Counted from the stretch's first letter, positions 1 through 9,945 are shown. The stretch is 64,000 nt of DNA from Candidatus Melainabacteria bacterium 17Bon1m (GCA_032128875.1 JAVLKG010000002.1:736001-800000); one strand, 5' to 3'. Translations and numbers: made by a program. Notes: generated by a model from the sequence alone, not told the origin.

Positions 1-60
1 CATCTAAATCCGAGTGTTCTTCTATATAGAAGTACCTCGGTATGAATATTAAATCTCTAA

Positions 61-99
61 GCTCCGAGATTCCTAAACCTGGAACCCTCGGGGCTTTTT
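61..99 (+). terminator. Intrinsic terminator-like hairpin upstream of the ABC1 kinase gene
   Basis: GCTCCGAG/CTCGGGGC and TTCC/GGAA stems followed by TTTTT (95-99). Confidence 0.5.
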
Positions 100-160
100 G
101 TAGTCTACTTCGCAGAAGCCAGCACAGGGGGTAATCCCCAGGGTTAAGGGGTTGATGACC

Positions 161-1861
161 ATGGGAATTAAGCTCGATCCGCAATACCTCAAGAGGTATA
201 AGGAAATCGCGGGATTGTTGATGAAGTACGGCAATTCCGACCTGGTGAAAAATGCCGGCTTAGAAGAAGCATTAAAGGACGATGAAAACCTTTCAAAGCA
301 AGTGAAGGGTACTGCTGAAGAGTTGGCTGCCGATCTGGAGAGACTGGGTCCTGCTTATGTAAAACTCGGTCAGATCCTCTCGACTCGTGGCGATCTTTTG
401 CCGCCACCGTATTTGCTCGCGTTATCCAGACTGCAGGATAATTGCGAGCCCTTTAGCTTTGCCGAAGTAGAGAAAATCATTGTAAGCGAACTCGGAGTCA
501 AAATCTCGAAGGCGTTTTCTGAGTTCAATTCCGAACCTCTGGCTGCCGCTTCTCTTGGGCAAATTCACAAAGCAAAAATGCGCGATGGCCGCGAAGTGGC
601 AGTGAAGGTCCAGAGACCCTGCATTCGCGAACAAATACTGCAAGATCTTGAAATATTCGCTGACGTCGCCGAATTCTACGTTCTCCATACGGAGTTAGGA
701 AAGAAGTACGAATTCGATGTGATGGTTGATGAGTTTCGCAAGTCGCTTTTGGGCGAACTCGACTATCGACAAGAAGCGCAGAATCTGGAAACTCTAAGAC
801 GCATCGTTGAAGAGTTCGAAATGATTAAGGTGCCTTTTGCGATTGACGCTTTCACCACGACGAAAGTGTTGACGATGGAATTTATCAAAGGGAAGAAAGT
901 TACAGACATAACTAACCTTGAACGGACCGAATTGAATGGAACTCCGCTTGCCGAGCAAATCTTCGCAGCGTATTTGAAGCAGATTCTCGTTGCAGGCTTT
1001 TTTCATGCGGATCCCCATCCGGGCAACGTTCTTCTAACTGAGGATGAAAAGCAAATTGCCCTAATCGATCTGGGTATGGTCGCACGTCTTACTCCAAGAA
1101 TTCAAAAGCAATTGCTGCAGCTCGTTATCGCGATTAGTGAAGGCCGCGCGGATTCAGTCGCCAATATTGCAGTCGAAATTGGAGAGCCCAAACCTAAATT
1201 TGACGAGATTCAATTCCGTCACAAAGTTTCTGAACTGGTTCAAACCGACCTTGATGCAAACATCGCCCGGATGAAGGTTGGACACGTTATCGTGGGTATT
1301 ACGAAAGCGGCTGGTGAAACAGGTATCCGAGTACCAGCTGAATTGACAATGCTTGGCAAAGCGATGCTTCACCTTGATGAAGTTGGCCGTTCGTTGGATC
1401 CTAACTTTGATCCAAACGCTTCAGTGCGGAGAAACGCAGGGCACATTCTCGAGCAGCGTTTGGTCAACGAAATCTCTCCCGGAAACTTGCTTAACACCTT
1501 AATCGAAGCAAAAGATGGGTTTGAAAAATTCCCTCGGAATATTAATAAGATCATGGATCTGGTCGCACAGAATCAATTGTCAGTGAAAGTTATCGACGAG
1601 CCGCTTCTGGTTGACTCGTTTCAAAAGGTCGCCAACAGAATCACCCTCGGTCTGGTTCTCGCTGCTTTGATTATCGGAGCTTCTAATTTGATGAAAGTTC
1701 CTAGTGGCTTTACTCTGTTTGGTTATCCTGGATTGGCAATTCTTCTCTTTCTGATGGCTGCTGGTGGCGGTTTTGCCCTGGCAATTCAGATTGCCTTCTA
1801 CGACCAAAAACCGCAAAAACTCGGTGATCCTGACGTGGTTAGCCCGCTGGTCCGGCGCTAG
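161..1861 (+). CDS. ABC1/UbiB (AarF) family atypical protein kinase
   Basis: KLGQ, AAASLGQIH, VAVKVQRP, FHADPHPGN and DLGMV motifs; C-terminal TM helices. Start could be 152, 155 or 161. Confidence 0.92.
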   Translation: MGIKLDPQYLKRYKEIAGLLMKYGNSDLVKNAGLEEALKDDENLSKQVKGTAEELAADLERLGPAYVKLGQILSTRGDLLPPPYLLALSRLQDNCEPFSFAEVEKIIVSELGVKISKAFSEFNSEPLAAASLGQIHKAKMRDGREVAVKVQRPCIREQILQDLEIFADVAEFYVLHTELGKKYEFDVMVDEFRKSLLGELDYRQEAQNLETLRRIVEEFEMIKVPFAIDAFTTTKVLTMEFIKGKKVTDITNLERTELNGTPLAEQIFAAYLKQILVAGFFHADPHPGNVLLTEDEKQIALIDLGMVARLTPRIQKQLLQLVIAISEGRADSVANIAVEIGEPKPKFDEIQFRHKVSELVQTDLDANIARMKVGHVIVGITKAAGETGIRVPAELTMLGKAMLHLDEVGRSLDPNFDPNASVRRNAGHILEQRLVNEISPGNLLNTLIEAKDGFEKFPRNINKIMDLVAQNQLSVKVIDEPLLVDSFQKVANRITLGLVLAALIIGASNLMKVPSGFTLFGYPGLAILLFLMAAGGGFALAIQIAFYDQKPQKLGDPDVVSPLVRR

Positions 1862-1980
1862 AATAGTTTGGTTTAGTCGTCGCAAGAACGCTTAATTAAT
1901 GGAATGAAACTTCAAGCAATGCTCTATCCTTGTTTGCACGAATGCACCTATAGAAAACGAAGTGTGTGTAAGGAGGAGTG

Positions 1981-2469
1981 ATGACAGCAGATGTTTACGA
2001 ATTCACTGCGAAATCCTTGGACGGCAAGGATATTGATCTGGCGCAGTACAAGGGCGATGTACTCCTGATTGTCAACACTGCAAGTCAGTGCGGCTTTACC
2101 GGACAATATGCAGGTTTGGAAGAACTGCATAAAACGTATGCCGGAAAAGGACTCAAGGTTCTTGGCTTTCCTTGCAATCAGTTCGGTGCTCAAGAGCCTG
2201 GCGGTTCTTCTGAAATTGGCGCTTTCTGCCAGAAGAATTATGGCGTCGAGTTTCAGATGTTTGAGAAAATTGATGTTAATGGCAATGATGCGCACCCTTT
2301 GTACAAATATTTGACCTCATCCGCGCCGGGTGTTCTTGGTACGGAAAACATCAAATGGAATTTCACGAAGTTTTTGGTTGGGCGAGATGGCAAAGTGTTT
2401 AAGCGCTACGCTCCGCAAGTCGAACCCAAGGATATGGGCAAAGATATTGAGCAACTGCTGGCGAAGTAG
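1981..2469 (+). CDS. Glutathione peroxidase (Cys-type)
   Basis: VNTASQCG, GFPCNQFGAQEPG and WNFTKFLV signatures; AGGAGG SD before ATG. Confidence 0.95.
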   Translation: MTADVYEFTAKSLDGKDIDLAQYKGDVLLIVNTASQCGFTGQYAGLEELHKTYAGKGLKVLGFPCNQFGAQEPGGSSEIGAFCQKNYGVEFQMFEKIDVNGNDAHPLYKYLTSSAPGVLGTENIKWNFTKFLVGRDGKVFKRYAPQVEPKDMGKDIEQLLAK

Positions 2470-2533
2470 TTGCTAACGGTCTGCCTGTAGATTTAGCTGT
2501 TGTCAGAATCAAGAGCAAAGCGTTTTGTCACTG

Positions 2534-3712
2534 CTATTTGTGCAGTTTGTCCACAAACTTGCGCATTCTTGCAAGTGCCAGTTCTATTTTATCTACACTG
2601 GTGGCATAAGAGCAACGAATGTGTCCATCTCCTCCGGCACCAAAAGCGGTGCCGGGAACAACCGCGACGCGTTCTTCCAGCAGCAGTCTTTCTGCGAATT
2701 GCTCTGCCGTGAGTCCGGTGGATTCGATCGACGGGAATGCGTAGAAGGCTCCGAGCGGCATATGGCACGTCAAGCCAAGTTTATTCAAGCCGTCCACAAT
2801 CAATCGACGCCTTTGTCTGTAGTGAGCGACCATGTCTTCGACTTCTCTTTCTGCATGCTTGAGCGCTTCCACCGCAGCAATCTGTCCAGTTATTGGCGCG
2901 CACAACATTGTGTAGGAGTGAATCTTCATCATCATTTTAAGAATGTGCTCTGGTGCACAGGCGTATGCAATTCTCCACCCGGTCATTGCATGTGCTTTAG
3001 AAAAACCATTTAGAAGAATGGTGATTTCTCTTGCCCCCGGCACAGATGCGACGCAAGTGTGAATCCCTTCGTAAGTCAAGCGGTCGTAGATTTCGTCGGA
3101 TATGACATACAATCCACGTTCTCGTGCGAAATTGATAATCTCGACGATTTGCTCTTTGCTGAGAACTGCTCCCGTGGGATTTGACGGATAACCTAAAAGA
3201 ATGGCTTTGGTGCGCTCTGTACATGCGGCTTTCAATTGTTCGGCCGTAACTGCGAATTTTGCGTCAGAACGTGTCTCGACTCCAACAGGAATACCACCAG
3301 CAAGAGAAACACATGGACGATAAGACACATAGCATGGCTCAGGAATCAGGACTTCGTCGCCAGGATTCAGCAAGACACGCATCGCTAAATCGAGTCCTTC
3401 CGACACGCCTACTGTGACGAGAATTTCCCCTTCAGGGTTGTATTCGATTTTATAGCGCTTACTGAGATAGCGTGAAATTTCCCTGCGCAACTCCAGCAGA
3501 CCATAGTTGGACGTGTACGTTGTTTGTCCTCGCTCTAATGAGTAAATAGCAGCTTCGCGGACTGACCAAGGCGTTACAAAATCCGGTTCACCGACGCCGA
3601 GCGATACTACATCCTGCATCGATGCAGCTATATCGAAAAATCTTCTGATTCCTGAAAAAGGAACCTCGAGTGCTTTCTTAGAAAGAGGTTTGAGCGAAAG
3701 ACTCTGGCTCAT
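2534..3712 (-). CDS. PLP-dependent aminotransferase class I/II
   Basis: SLGVGEPDF, PSNPTG, SDEIYD and NGFSKAHAMTGWR (PLP Lys). Confidence 0.93.
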   Translation of the reverse strand: MSQSLSLKPLSKKALEVPFSGIRRFFDIAASMQDVVSLGVGEPDFVTPWSVREAAIYSLERGQTTYTSNYGLLELRREISRYLSKRYKIEYNPEGEILVTVGVSEGLDLAMRVLLNPGDEVLIPEPCYVSYRPCVSLAGGIPVGVETRSDAKFAVTAEQLKAACTERTKAILLGYPSNPTGAVLSKEQIVEIINFARERGLYVISDEIYDRLTYEGIHTCVASVPGAREITILLNGFSKAHAMTGWRIAYACAPEHILKMMMKIHSYTMLCAPITGQIAAVEALKHAEREVEDMVAHYRQRRRLIVDGLNKLGLTCHMPLGAFYAFPSIESTGLTAEQFAERLLLEERVAVVPGTAFGAGGDGHIRCSYATSVDKIELALARMRKFVDKLHK

Positions 3713-3719
3713 GTATCAC

Positions 3720-4214
3720 CTAAGGCGAAACTACAAGTCTTTGATCTTGTTCTGAATCAAAAAACAACGCACCATCTTCTTTGTATCGTTTCAAGAGAAA
3801 GTGAGATGTGGTACCGGTAACACCGTCAATGGTGGCAAGCTTCTCGGCAACGAAGGTGGCCAGTTCGCGAAGGTTTGGTGCTTCGACAACAACGCGCAAA
3901 TCGCTGCCGCCAGAAACCAACCAGACACTTTGCACTTGTGCGAAGCGTGCAATTCGGCAAGCTATAGCATCAAATCCTACATCGCGAGCAGGGGTGACTT
4001 TCACATCGATGAATGCGACTACCTTTTCACAACCGGTTTTTTCCCAGTCGATGACGGTGTAATAAGTTTTGATGACACCGCTCTGTTCGTATTCGCGAAC
4101 CGTTTTTTCGACATCTTGCACTGACTTTCCGGTCATCTTCGCGATTGTGTCGAAAGACGTGCGCGCATCTCTTGCGAGGATAGTTAGAATTTCGTCTGGA
4201 ACTTCGTTTGGCAT
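3720..4214 (-). CDS. Lrp/AsnC family transcriptional regulator
   Basis: N-terminal HTH (ILTILARDARTSF..IAKM) and C-terminal RAM domain; directly upstream of the aminotransferase. Confidence 0.9.
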   Translation of the reverse strand: MPNEVPDEILTILARDARTSFDTIAKMTGKSVQDVEKTVREYEQSGVIKTYYTVIDWEKTGCEKVVAFIDVKVTPARDVGFDAIACRIARFAQVQSVWLVSGGSDLRVVVEAPNLRELATFVAEKLATIDGVTGTTSHFLLKRYKEDGALFFDSEQDQRLVVSP

Positions 4215-4340
4215 GCGGGAAGTCTACCATAAGGTATTGCGCTGCAGGGTTGTGAAGAGACTGCTAAAATCATTAGTGCGTTCATCTGAAAAGTGCCAAA
4301 TTTGGACTGTTCCTCCAGTCTTGGTTTCTGGTGAGGTTTT

Positions 4341-4964
4341 GTGGAAAACGAGCAAGAGCAAATAAGCAGTGCTGCTTCCCGGGGGCAGGTCTATACCATA
4401 GGACATTCCAATCACTCAATTGAAACCTTTCTTGAGCTTCTTGAAAGATATGAGATTGAAGTGTTGGTAGATGTTCGAACCAATCCGTTTTCGCGTTTTT
4501 CTCGCCAATTTAGTCATGATCCGCTTAAGTCTGCCATTCAAGATGCTGGTCTGAAGTATCTGCATTTGGGTAAAGAATTGGGCGGCAAGCCAAAAGAACC
4601 GGAGTTTTATGATGCCGAGGGGCACATTGATTATGCTCGCATTGCACAATCTCAGAGGTTTTCCGAAGGCATTGAGCGGCTTACGGCAGGGTGCGCAAAG
4701 TACCGCGTCGTGATTATGTGCGCCGAGGAGAACCCCTCTGAGTGTCATAGAAGACGCTTGATTGGACCAGTTCTTGCGCAGCATGGCATTGAAGAAATGC
4801 ACATTAGGGGCAATGGAGAGCTGATTTTGGAAAGCGAGCTAAAGCAAGATGAGGACGACCTTTCCAAGGACTCCGAGCAGCTTACATTGTTCGCCCAGCC
4901 AGCTCCTCAAAGGCCGTGGCGCTCATTGCGCCCAGTGAAAGGCAAGCGTATGACCGAGGATTGA
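4341..4964 (+). CDS. DUF488 family protein
   Basis: YTIGHS, LVDVRTNPFS, ELGG and CAEENPSECHRR motifs. Confidence 0.85.
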   Translation: MENEQEQISSAASRGQVYTIGHSNHSIETFLELLERYEIEVLVDVRTNPFSRFSRQFSHDPLKSAIQDAGLKYLHLGKELGGKPKEPEFYDAEGHIDYARIAQSQRFSEGIERLTAGCAKYRVVIMCAEENPSECHRRRLIGPVLAQHGIEEMHIRGNGELILESELKQDEDDLSKDSEQLTLFAQPAPQRPWRSLRPVKGKRMTED

Positions 4965-4970
4965 GGCGGC

Positions 4971-5687
4971 ATGTCTGTTACATCTGAAATTGAATGGACC
5001 GATGCGACCTGGAATCCGGTGACCGGTTGCACAAAAATCAGCCCCGGCTGCGCGAATTGCTATGCCGAGACATTTGCCGAGCGTTTTCGCGGTGTTCCAG
5101 GACATCCATATGAGCAGGGGTTCGACTTACGTATGTGGCCTGACCGGCTTGTTTTGCCACTTTCCTGGAAAAGGCCGAAGCGTATTTTTGTGAACTCCAT
5201 GAGCGATTTGTTTCACAAAGACGTCCCGGTCGAGTACGTGAAGCAGGTGTTTGAGGTGATGAAAAAGGCTGATTGGCATCAGTTTCAGATCCTGACTAAG
5301 CGCCACGAGCGACTTTTAGAATTGAGCCCGCAATTGGAATGGGCGCCGAACATTTGGATGGGGGTGAGTGTCGAGAGCAAGGACTATGTTCACCGCATCG
5401 ACTATCTGCGGCAAACTGGTGCTCATATCAAGTTTTTGTCGGTTGAACCGCTGCTCGGCCCCATTGACGATATGAATCTCGAAGGCATCGATTGGGTGAT
5501 TGTGGGCGGTGAATCCGGGCGCCGCGTAAGACCGTTACAGCCTGAGTGGGTTGGGCTTATTCGCGATCAGTGTCAATCAGCCGGTGTTGCTTTCTTCTTC
5601 AAACAATGGGGTGGTCATAATAAGAAGAAGGCGGGGCGAATTTTTGAAGGGCGCACTTGGGATGATATGCCGAGCAGGACTCGATGA
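4971..5687 (+). CDS. DUF5131 / phage Gp37-Gp68 family three-Cys radical-SAM-like protein
   Basis: IEWTDATWNPVTGCTKISPGCANCY, FVNSMSDLFH, SVEPLL, WVIVGGESG and FFFKQWGG. Confidence 0.9.
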   Translation: MSVTSEIEWTDATWNPVTGCTKISPGCANCYAETFAERFRGVPGHPYEQGFDLRMWPDRLVLPLSWKRPKRIFVNSMSDLFHKDVPVEYVKQVFEVMKKADWHQFQILTKRHERLLELSPQLEWAPNIWMGVSVESKDYVHRIDYLRQTGAHIKFLSVEPLLGPIDDMNLEGIDWVIVGGESGRRVRPLQPEWVGLIRDQCQSAGVAFFFKQWGGHNKKKAGRIFEGRTWDDMPSRTR

Positions 5688-5735
5688 TATGCTTTACGGT
5701 CGGCGCCTCGTTGTAAAACTTTGCGGAGAGACTAT

Positions 5736-6275
5736 ATGCATAAGCGACACGCTCCAGCCCGATTTGCGATACTGGCGGGTGCTTTGATTTTGGGAATTTT
5801 TCAGGCTTCGCCTGCCGTCTGTGCGAAGGATAAGGAAAATCCCGGTGCTTCACTGCCGATGCCATCAACCGTTAAACCGACTACTGAGTATCCGAAACCG
5901 AATCTGAGCTCTGAGGAACTTGAACGGCGAGGGCAAGAAATTGATGAGAAACGTCGTGAGTTGGATCGCGAACGTCGCGCTCTCGAAGAAAAGCGGCTAA
6001 ATCTGCAAGAGCCGCAACAAAAGATTGATGAGATCAGGTACAAACTTCAAGAAGAAAGATTGAATTTAGACAAGCAAAGGTCGGAATTAGATCGCTTGCG
6101 TGCGGAGCTTGATGAAAGGTGGAGACAGACGGACTTTCAACGTTTGCCGCTGGATAAGCAGCGATTGGAGATCGATGTTGCAGGTCGTAAGCTCGAATTG
6201 CAGAGGCTAGAACTTGATCGTCAACGCATTGCTGTTGAAGAACAGAAAAGAGCTTTGAGAGAAAAGCAGCAATAG
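5736..6275 (+). CDS. Secreted coiled-coil hypothetical protein
   Basis: Signal peptide followed by heptad E/R/L-rich repeats; GGAG SD before ATG 5736. Confidence 0.7.
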   Translation: MHKRHAPARFAILAGALILGIFQASPAVCAKDKENPGASLPMPSTVKPTTEYPKPNLSSEELERRGQEIDEKRRELDRERRALEEKRLNLQEPQQKIDEIRYKLQEERLNLDKQRSELDRLRAELDERWRQTDFQRLPLDKQRLEIDVAGRKLELQRLELDRQRIAVEEQKRALREKQQ

Positions 6276-6335
6276 TTTAGCGGTATAAATCCGGGCGATG
6301 CATGGCATCCATCCTCTTCCGCTCTGCAATTTGCA

Positions 6336-6935
6336 TTACACCATAGTCAACAAATCTGTTGGGCAGTTCCAGATTTTGATGGCTCTGGTTTCTCTTTCAT
6401 GCGTTAAAACTGAGATCGTGCTTGTGTCAAGCATGAAATGCTTGCCCTCTTGCGGAAGAAGCTTGAGCCAGGTTGCAGTGAGAATTCGCAAGATGTGTCC
6501 GTGAGCAAAAAGCGCGACTTTTCCGCCGATACCATCAGCGGTATCTATAACATTCTTGCAGCGCTTAGCAGCCTCATCTAAAGTTTCTCCAGCCGGGCAT
6601 GGATGTGTCCAGACAGTCCAGCCAGGAACTTCTTTGCGAATCTGATCGCTGGTGAGCCCTTCATAACTTCCGTAGTGAAACTCTTGAAGATCGTCACAGA
6701 TCTTGGTTTCTTTCATGCCCGCAAGCTCAGCCGTTTCACGTGCTCGTGAAAGAGGGCTAACCAAAACACCCGAGAAGTCAATGTGACTGATAGCGCTTTT
6801 GAGCGCTCTGGCCTGGTCTCTTCCCACATCCGTGAGGGGAATATCGGTGCGGCCGGTATGTTGTCCCAGTCGTGCCCATTCGGTTTGCCCATGCCGAAAG
6901 ATGTAGAGTGTTACAGGCTTTTTCTCGTTGTTCAT
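6336..6935 (-). CDS. Histidine phosphatase (PGM) family protein
   Basis: RHGQT, SPLSRA and FAHGH motifs. Confidence 0.9.
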   Translation of the reverse strand: MNNEKKPVTLYIFRHGQTEWARLGQHTGRTDIPLTDVGRDQARALKSAISHIDFSGVLVSPLSRARETAELAGMKETKICDDLQEFHYGSYEGLTSDQIRKEVPGWTVWTHPCPAGETLDEAAKRCKNVIDTADGIGGKVALFAHGHILRILTATWLKLLPQEGKHFMLDTSTISVLTHERETRAIKIWNCPTDLLTMV

Positions 6936-7027
6936 TGGGCTCCTGAGGGCAAAAGGTGCTCCCTATAGCTATCTATGAGATGGCAGCGCTAGTTTACTAT
7001 GCACTATGGGTTGTAAAATAGGAGGCT

Positions 7028-7822
7028 ATGCAAATAGTCAATATCGCAGCTTACAAGTTCGTCGGCATCCCCGACCCTGCTGCCTGGCAACCAGTACTCA
7101 AAGAACGATGCGATGCTCTCCACTTGAAGGGCACAGTTTTGCTCGCGACCGAAGGAATCAATCTTTTCCTTGCGGGTAGCCGTGATGCAATAGACGAGTT
7201 TTTGAAATTTCTGCAAACCGACGAGTTTTTTGGCGGACGCTTCACCGAACTCGAGGTAAAGGAAAGCTTTTCCACAAATCAGCCTTTCCGCAAAATGGTG
7301 GTGCGCATTGCAGCGGAGATCATCACAATGCGCCATCCAATGATTCAGCCAGAATCGCGACGCGCACCACACGTAGATGCTCATACGCTTAAGAAGTGGC
7401 TTGATCAGGGGCGTGACGACGAAGGACGCGAACTCATTCTCTTAGATACTCGCAATGACTTTGAAGTCGAAATGGGCACTTTTGAAAATGCGCTTGACCT
7501 TCATATCGAAAAGTTTAGCGATTTCCCCGAAGCAATTTCGTCCACAATGGATAAAGCTGTCAATGGACTCAACGATAAAACGATCGTGTCTTTCTGCACT
7601 GGTGGTATTCGCTGCGAAAAGGCTGCCTTGTATCTAGAGGAAAAAGGACATCCAAAAGTGTTGCAGCTTGACGGTGGCATCCTGCGCTATTTCGAAGAAG
7701 TTGGTGGCGCACACTGGCAAGGCGAGTGTTTTGTGTTTGATGAGAGAGTTTCGCTCGATCCTGGCCTTAAGGCGAGTGGAAAAACTCTCGCAGATCGCCG
7801 TGAGAAGAAAGCAAAAAATTAG
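7028..7822 (+). CDS. trhO: Rhodanese-domain tRNA uridine(34) hydroxylase TrhO/YceA-like (short form)
   Basis: EGIN, LDTRNDFE, FCTGGIRCEKA, QLDGGILRY and CFVFDER. Confidence 0.8.
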   Translation: MQIVNIAAYKFVGIPDPAAWQPVLKERCDALHLKGTVLLATEGINLFLAGSRDAIDEFLKFLQTDEFFGGRFTELEVKESFSTNQPFRKMVVRIAAEIITMRHPMIQPESRRAPHVDAHTLKKWLDQGRDDEGRELILLDTRNDFEVEMGTFENALDLHIEKFSDFPEAISSTMDKAVNGLNDKTIVSFCTGGIRCEKAALYLEEKGHPKVLQLDGGILRYFEEVGGAHWQGECFVFDERVSLDPGLKASGKTLADRREKKAKN

Positions 7823-7833
7823 GAGTTGAATCA

Positions 7834-8334
7834 ATGGTGCATCGCGTGAATAGCATGCTGTTATCTTTGGCTTTGCTCGTGTTTTCGGCGTGGTCGATAC
7901 CTTCAGTGTCTGCGAAGGAACCCAGCGCACCTGCCCTCACCGTCGGCTATCGAAGCACTTCCAAGTCCGCTAAAGAAATTGCCGCTCTGGTGGCGCGTCA
8001 AGAAAAAGCATGGAACAAAGGAGATTTGGACGCGTTTCTCAATGACTATTTGAGATCATCTCAAGTGACCTATGTCTCCAATGGAAATGTAAAACGTGGA
8101 TACGACGCCATTCGTGAGCACTATTTGAAACGCTATGGTAACAGCAAGGCTTCAATGGGACAGTTGCGACTTTCTGATCTCGAAGTCACTGATATCGGCG
8201 ACAAACATGTTTTGTGTATAGGAAAATTCACTGTTTTCCATCATGCGCATGTTCCAATCTACGGCAGATTTAGCTTGATCTTCGTTAAGAGCAAAGGCGA
8301 ATGGAAGATTATGTATGACCACAGCTCTCAATAA
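7834..8334 (+). CDS. Secreted NTF2-like (SnoaL/DUF4440) protein
   Basis: Signal peptide; AWNKGDLDAF and WKIMYDHSS. Confidence 0.8.
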   Translation: MVHRVNSMLLSLALLVFSAWSIPSVSAKEPSAPALTVGYRSTSKSAKEIAALVARQEKAWNKGDLDAFLNDYLRSSQVTYVSNGNVKRGYDAIREHYLKRYGNSKASMGQLRLSDLEVTDIGDKHVLCIGKFTVFHHAHVPIYGRFSLIFVKSKGEWKIMYDHSSQ

Positions 8335-8337
8335 GAA

Positions 8338-9633
8338 CTAGCGCTTTTCCTGCGTAACTACTTCCTTTTTGCTCTCAGGATTCTTCTTAGACAGTGCCGA
8401 GCGGAATAGTTCAATCGTCGAGCGCTTAATGTGATTGATCGTCTGTGCCAGCGGGTTTAGACCAAGTACGCGATAAACGTCATAAAGCCTGATAAGGAAA
8501 AAGCGCGTCTTCATTGCGCAATATACTTTGTCTTCTCTGGCGCCTTCCAGCTCTGGTCTGTACTTGAGTTTGTGTCTGGCTAGATTTTTGAAGTTGTATA
8601 AGAAGTTGGCACGCTCGAACGCATATTTAAAGTGCGCTTTCAATAACTTGCTGTGCTTAAACTCTTGCGAATCGTCGACTTTGGCTAGAGGCGAGAGACC
8701 AAGCGATAGGTCGCGTTTGCCCTCTTGCTTGAATTTATCGATTGCTTCCAAAATGATGAAGTCGACAATCGAGTATGTTCTTTCCAGATTTGTCCGTAAG
8801 TGGTTGGCGATGTATCCGACTACTTTTCCATCTTCATACATGGGATCGAAGATGACAAATCCCACTACTTCATTATCTTTGATGGCAACGAATTTTCTCA
8901 CATCAATTTCGTCCACGAAAACAACAGGACGAACAATGAATTGCATTTCGTTGTCGCTGATGACTTTCTCTTTCATCCAGCCATCGCTGATTTTCTTGAA
9001 CGATTTCAGCATGGCATCATCAACGGTGTCAATCTCAACTACAGTAAGATTGTCTTTCTTTGCGCCGTTCCGTGCGTTTCTCAATTGCTGTTTTTTGTTT
9101 CCAACTGTATTGAACTTTTGAATTTCAATGACTGTTTCAACGCCTAATTCGTTAACGGAAAATCCCATTTCGTTGAGAATTTTGCCTGTGTCATGCGAGA
9201 TATGAAGGAAAACAGGATCACTCTTCTCTTTCAAGAACTCTTCGATAAGTGCTTTCATGTTTTCCTTGCTGCAAATTGGATCAGCAAGAACGCAAACGGA
9301 ATTCGGACCATCACGCAAAGGGGTGTAAGCGACATAACCTAGCTCCGGATGCATGAAATACTGCAATCCCTTTTGCAGTGACGAATACGCGAGCGATCCG
9401 TATCCATGCCGTTGCAGCTTTTCAATGCGGAATTTCGCAGTCTCAGTGCTGTGTTTTAGCGCACTCATTGCGGTTTGGAGCTTTTCCTGATTCGCTTTCA
9501 TAGCTTTCAAGGTCATGCCCAGCTGACCTCTAGTGAATTTCAAGGTCGGCGGTGACGCTACTGCTGCTTTCTTCTTCTCGTCCACTTGGTGAAACTCCCT
9601 CTTCGGTTGTCGCTTGAACTGTTGCAGTGTCAT
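8338..9633 (-). CDS. Stand-alone MprF/LPG-synthase C-terminal (DUF2156) domain protein
   Basis: ADPIC, G.E..I, ISDGW, LSLGLSPL and YNFKNL..HKLKYRP; no TM flippase region. Confidence 0.75.
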   Translation of the reverse strand: MTLQQFKRQPKREFHQVDEKKKAAVASPPTLKFTRGQLGMTLKAMKANQEKLQTAMSALKHSTETAKFRIEKLQRHGYGSLAYSSLQKGLQYFMHPELGYVAYTPLRDGPNSVCVLADPICSKENMKALIEEFLKEKSDPVFLHISHDTGKILNEMGFSVNELGVETVIEIQKFNTVGNKKQQLRNARNGAKKDNLTVVEIDTVDDAMLKSFKKISDGWMKEKVISDNEMQFIVRPVVFVDEIDVRKFVAIKDNEVVGFVIFDPMYEDGKVVGYIANHLRTNLERTYSIVDFIILEAIDKFKQEGKRDLSLGLSPLAKVDDSQEFKHSKLLKAHFKYAFERANFLYNFKNLARHKLKYRPELEGAREDKVYCAMKTRFFLIRLYDVYRVLGLNPLAQTINHIKRSTIELFRSALSKKNPESKKEVVTQEKR

Positions 9634-9945
9634 CCCGCCGATTACACGGACAAACCAACCGGCGCCCTGAATGCTCGACGTTTATTACTGTAAGCCCCTT
9701 CACTACTATACAACAGGTGAATGTTCGGATTGCCCAGCGGTTGGCGACCCTGCTGGTTGTTAAGAGGCGGCACGCGCCGCTTCATTTATACTGTGTGCGA
9801 CCCGATTGAAAGATTCTTTGCATCCCGGAAAGCTTGATTAGACGAGGCTTGAGGATTTTTCACTGTTTCGGAATACAATTAATGGATTCCGGCAGCGTTT
9901 TTCTGGAATGGTTTCCGAACTCCCTAACCTTTGCGTTGAATACCC

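Noticed and set aside
1981-2469. Glutathione peroxidase as a selenoprotein
   Set aside because: The active-site codon is TGC (Cys); no in-frame TGA.
4971-5687. Prophage suggested by the 'phage Gp37/Gp68' family name
   Set aside because: No structural, replication or integrase genes nearby.
8528-9121. Long antisense ORFs (also 2525-3013, 10209-10691, 16360-16896, 45699-46322, 56213-56704)
   Set aside because: They shadow well-supported opposite-strand genes and have no motifs of their own.
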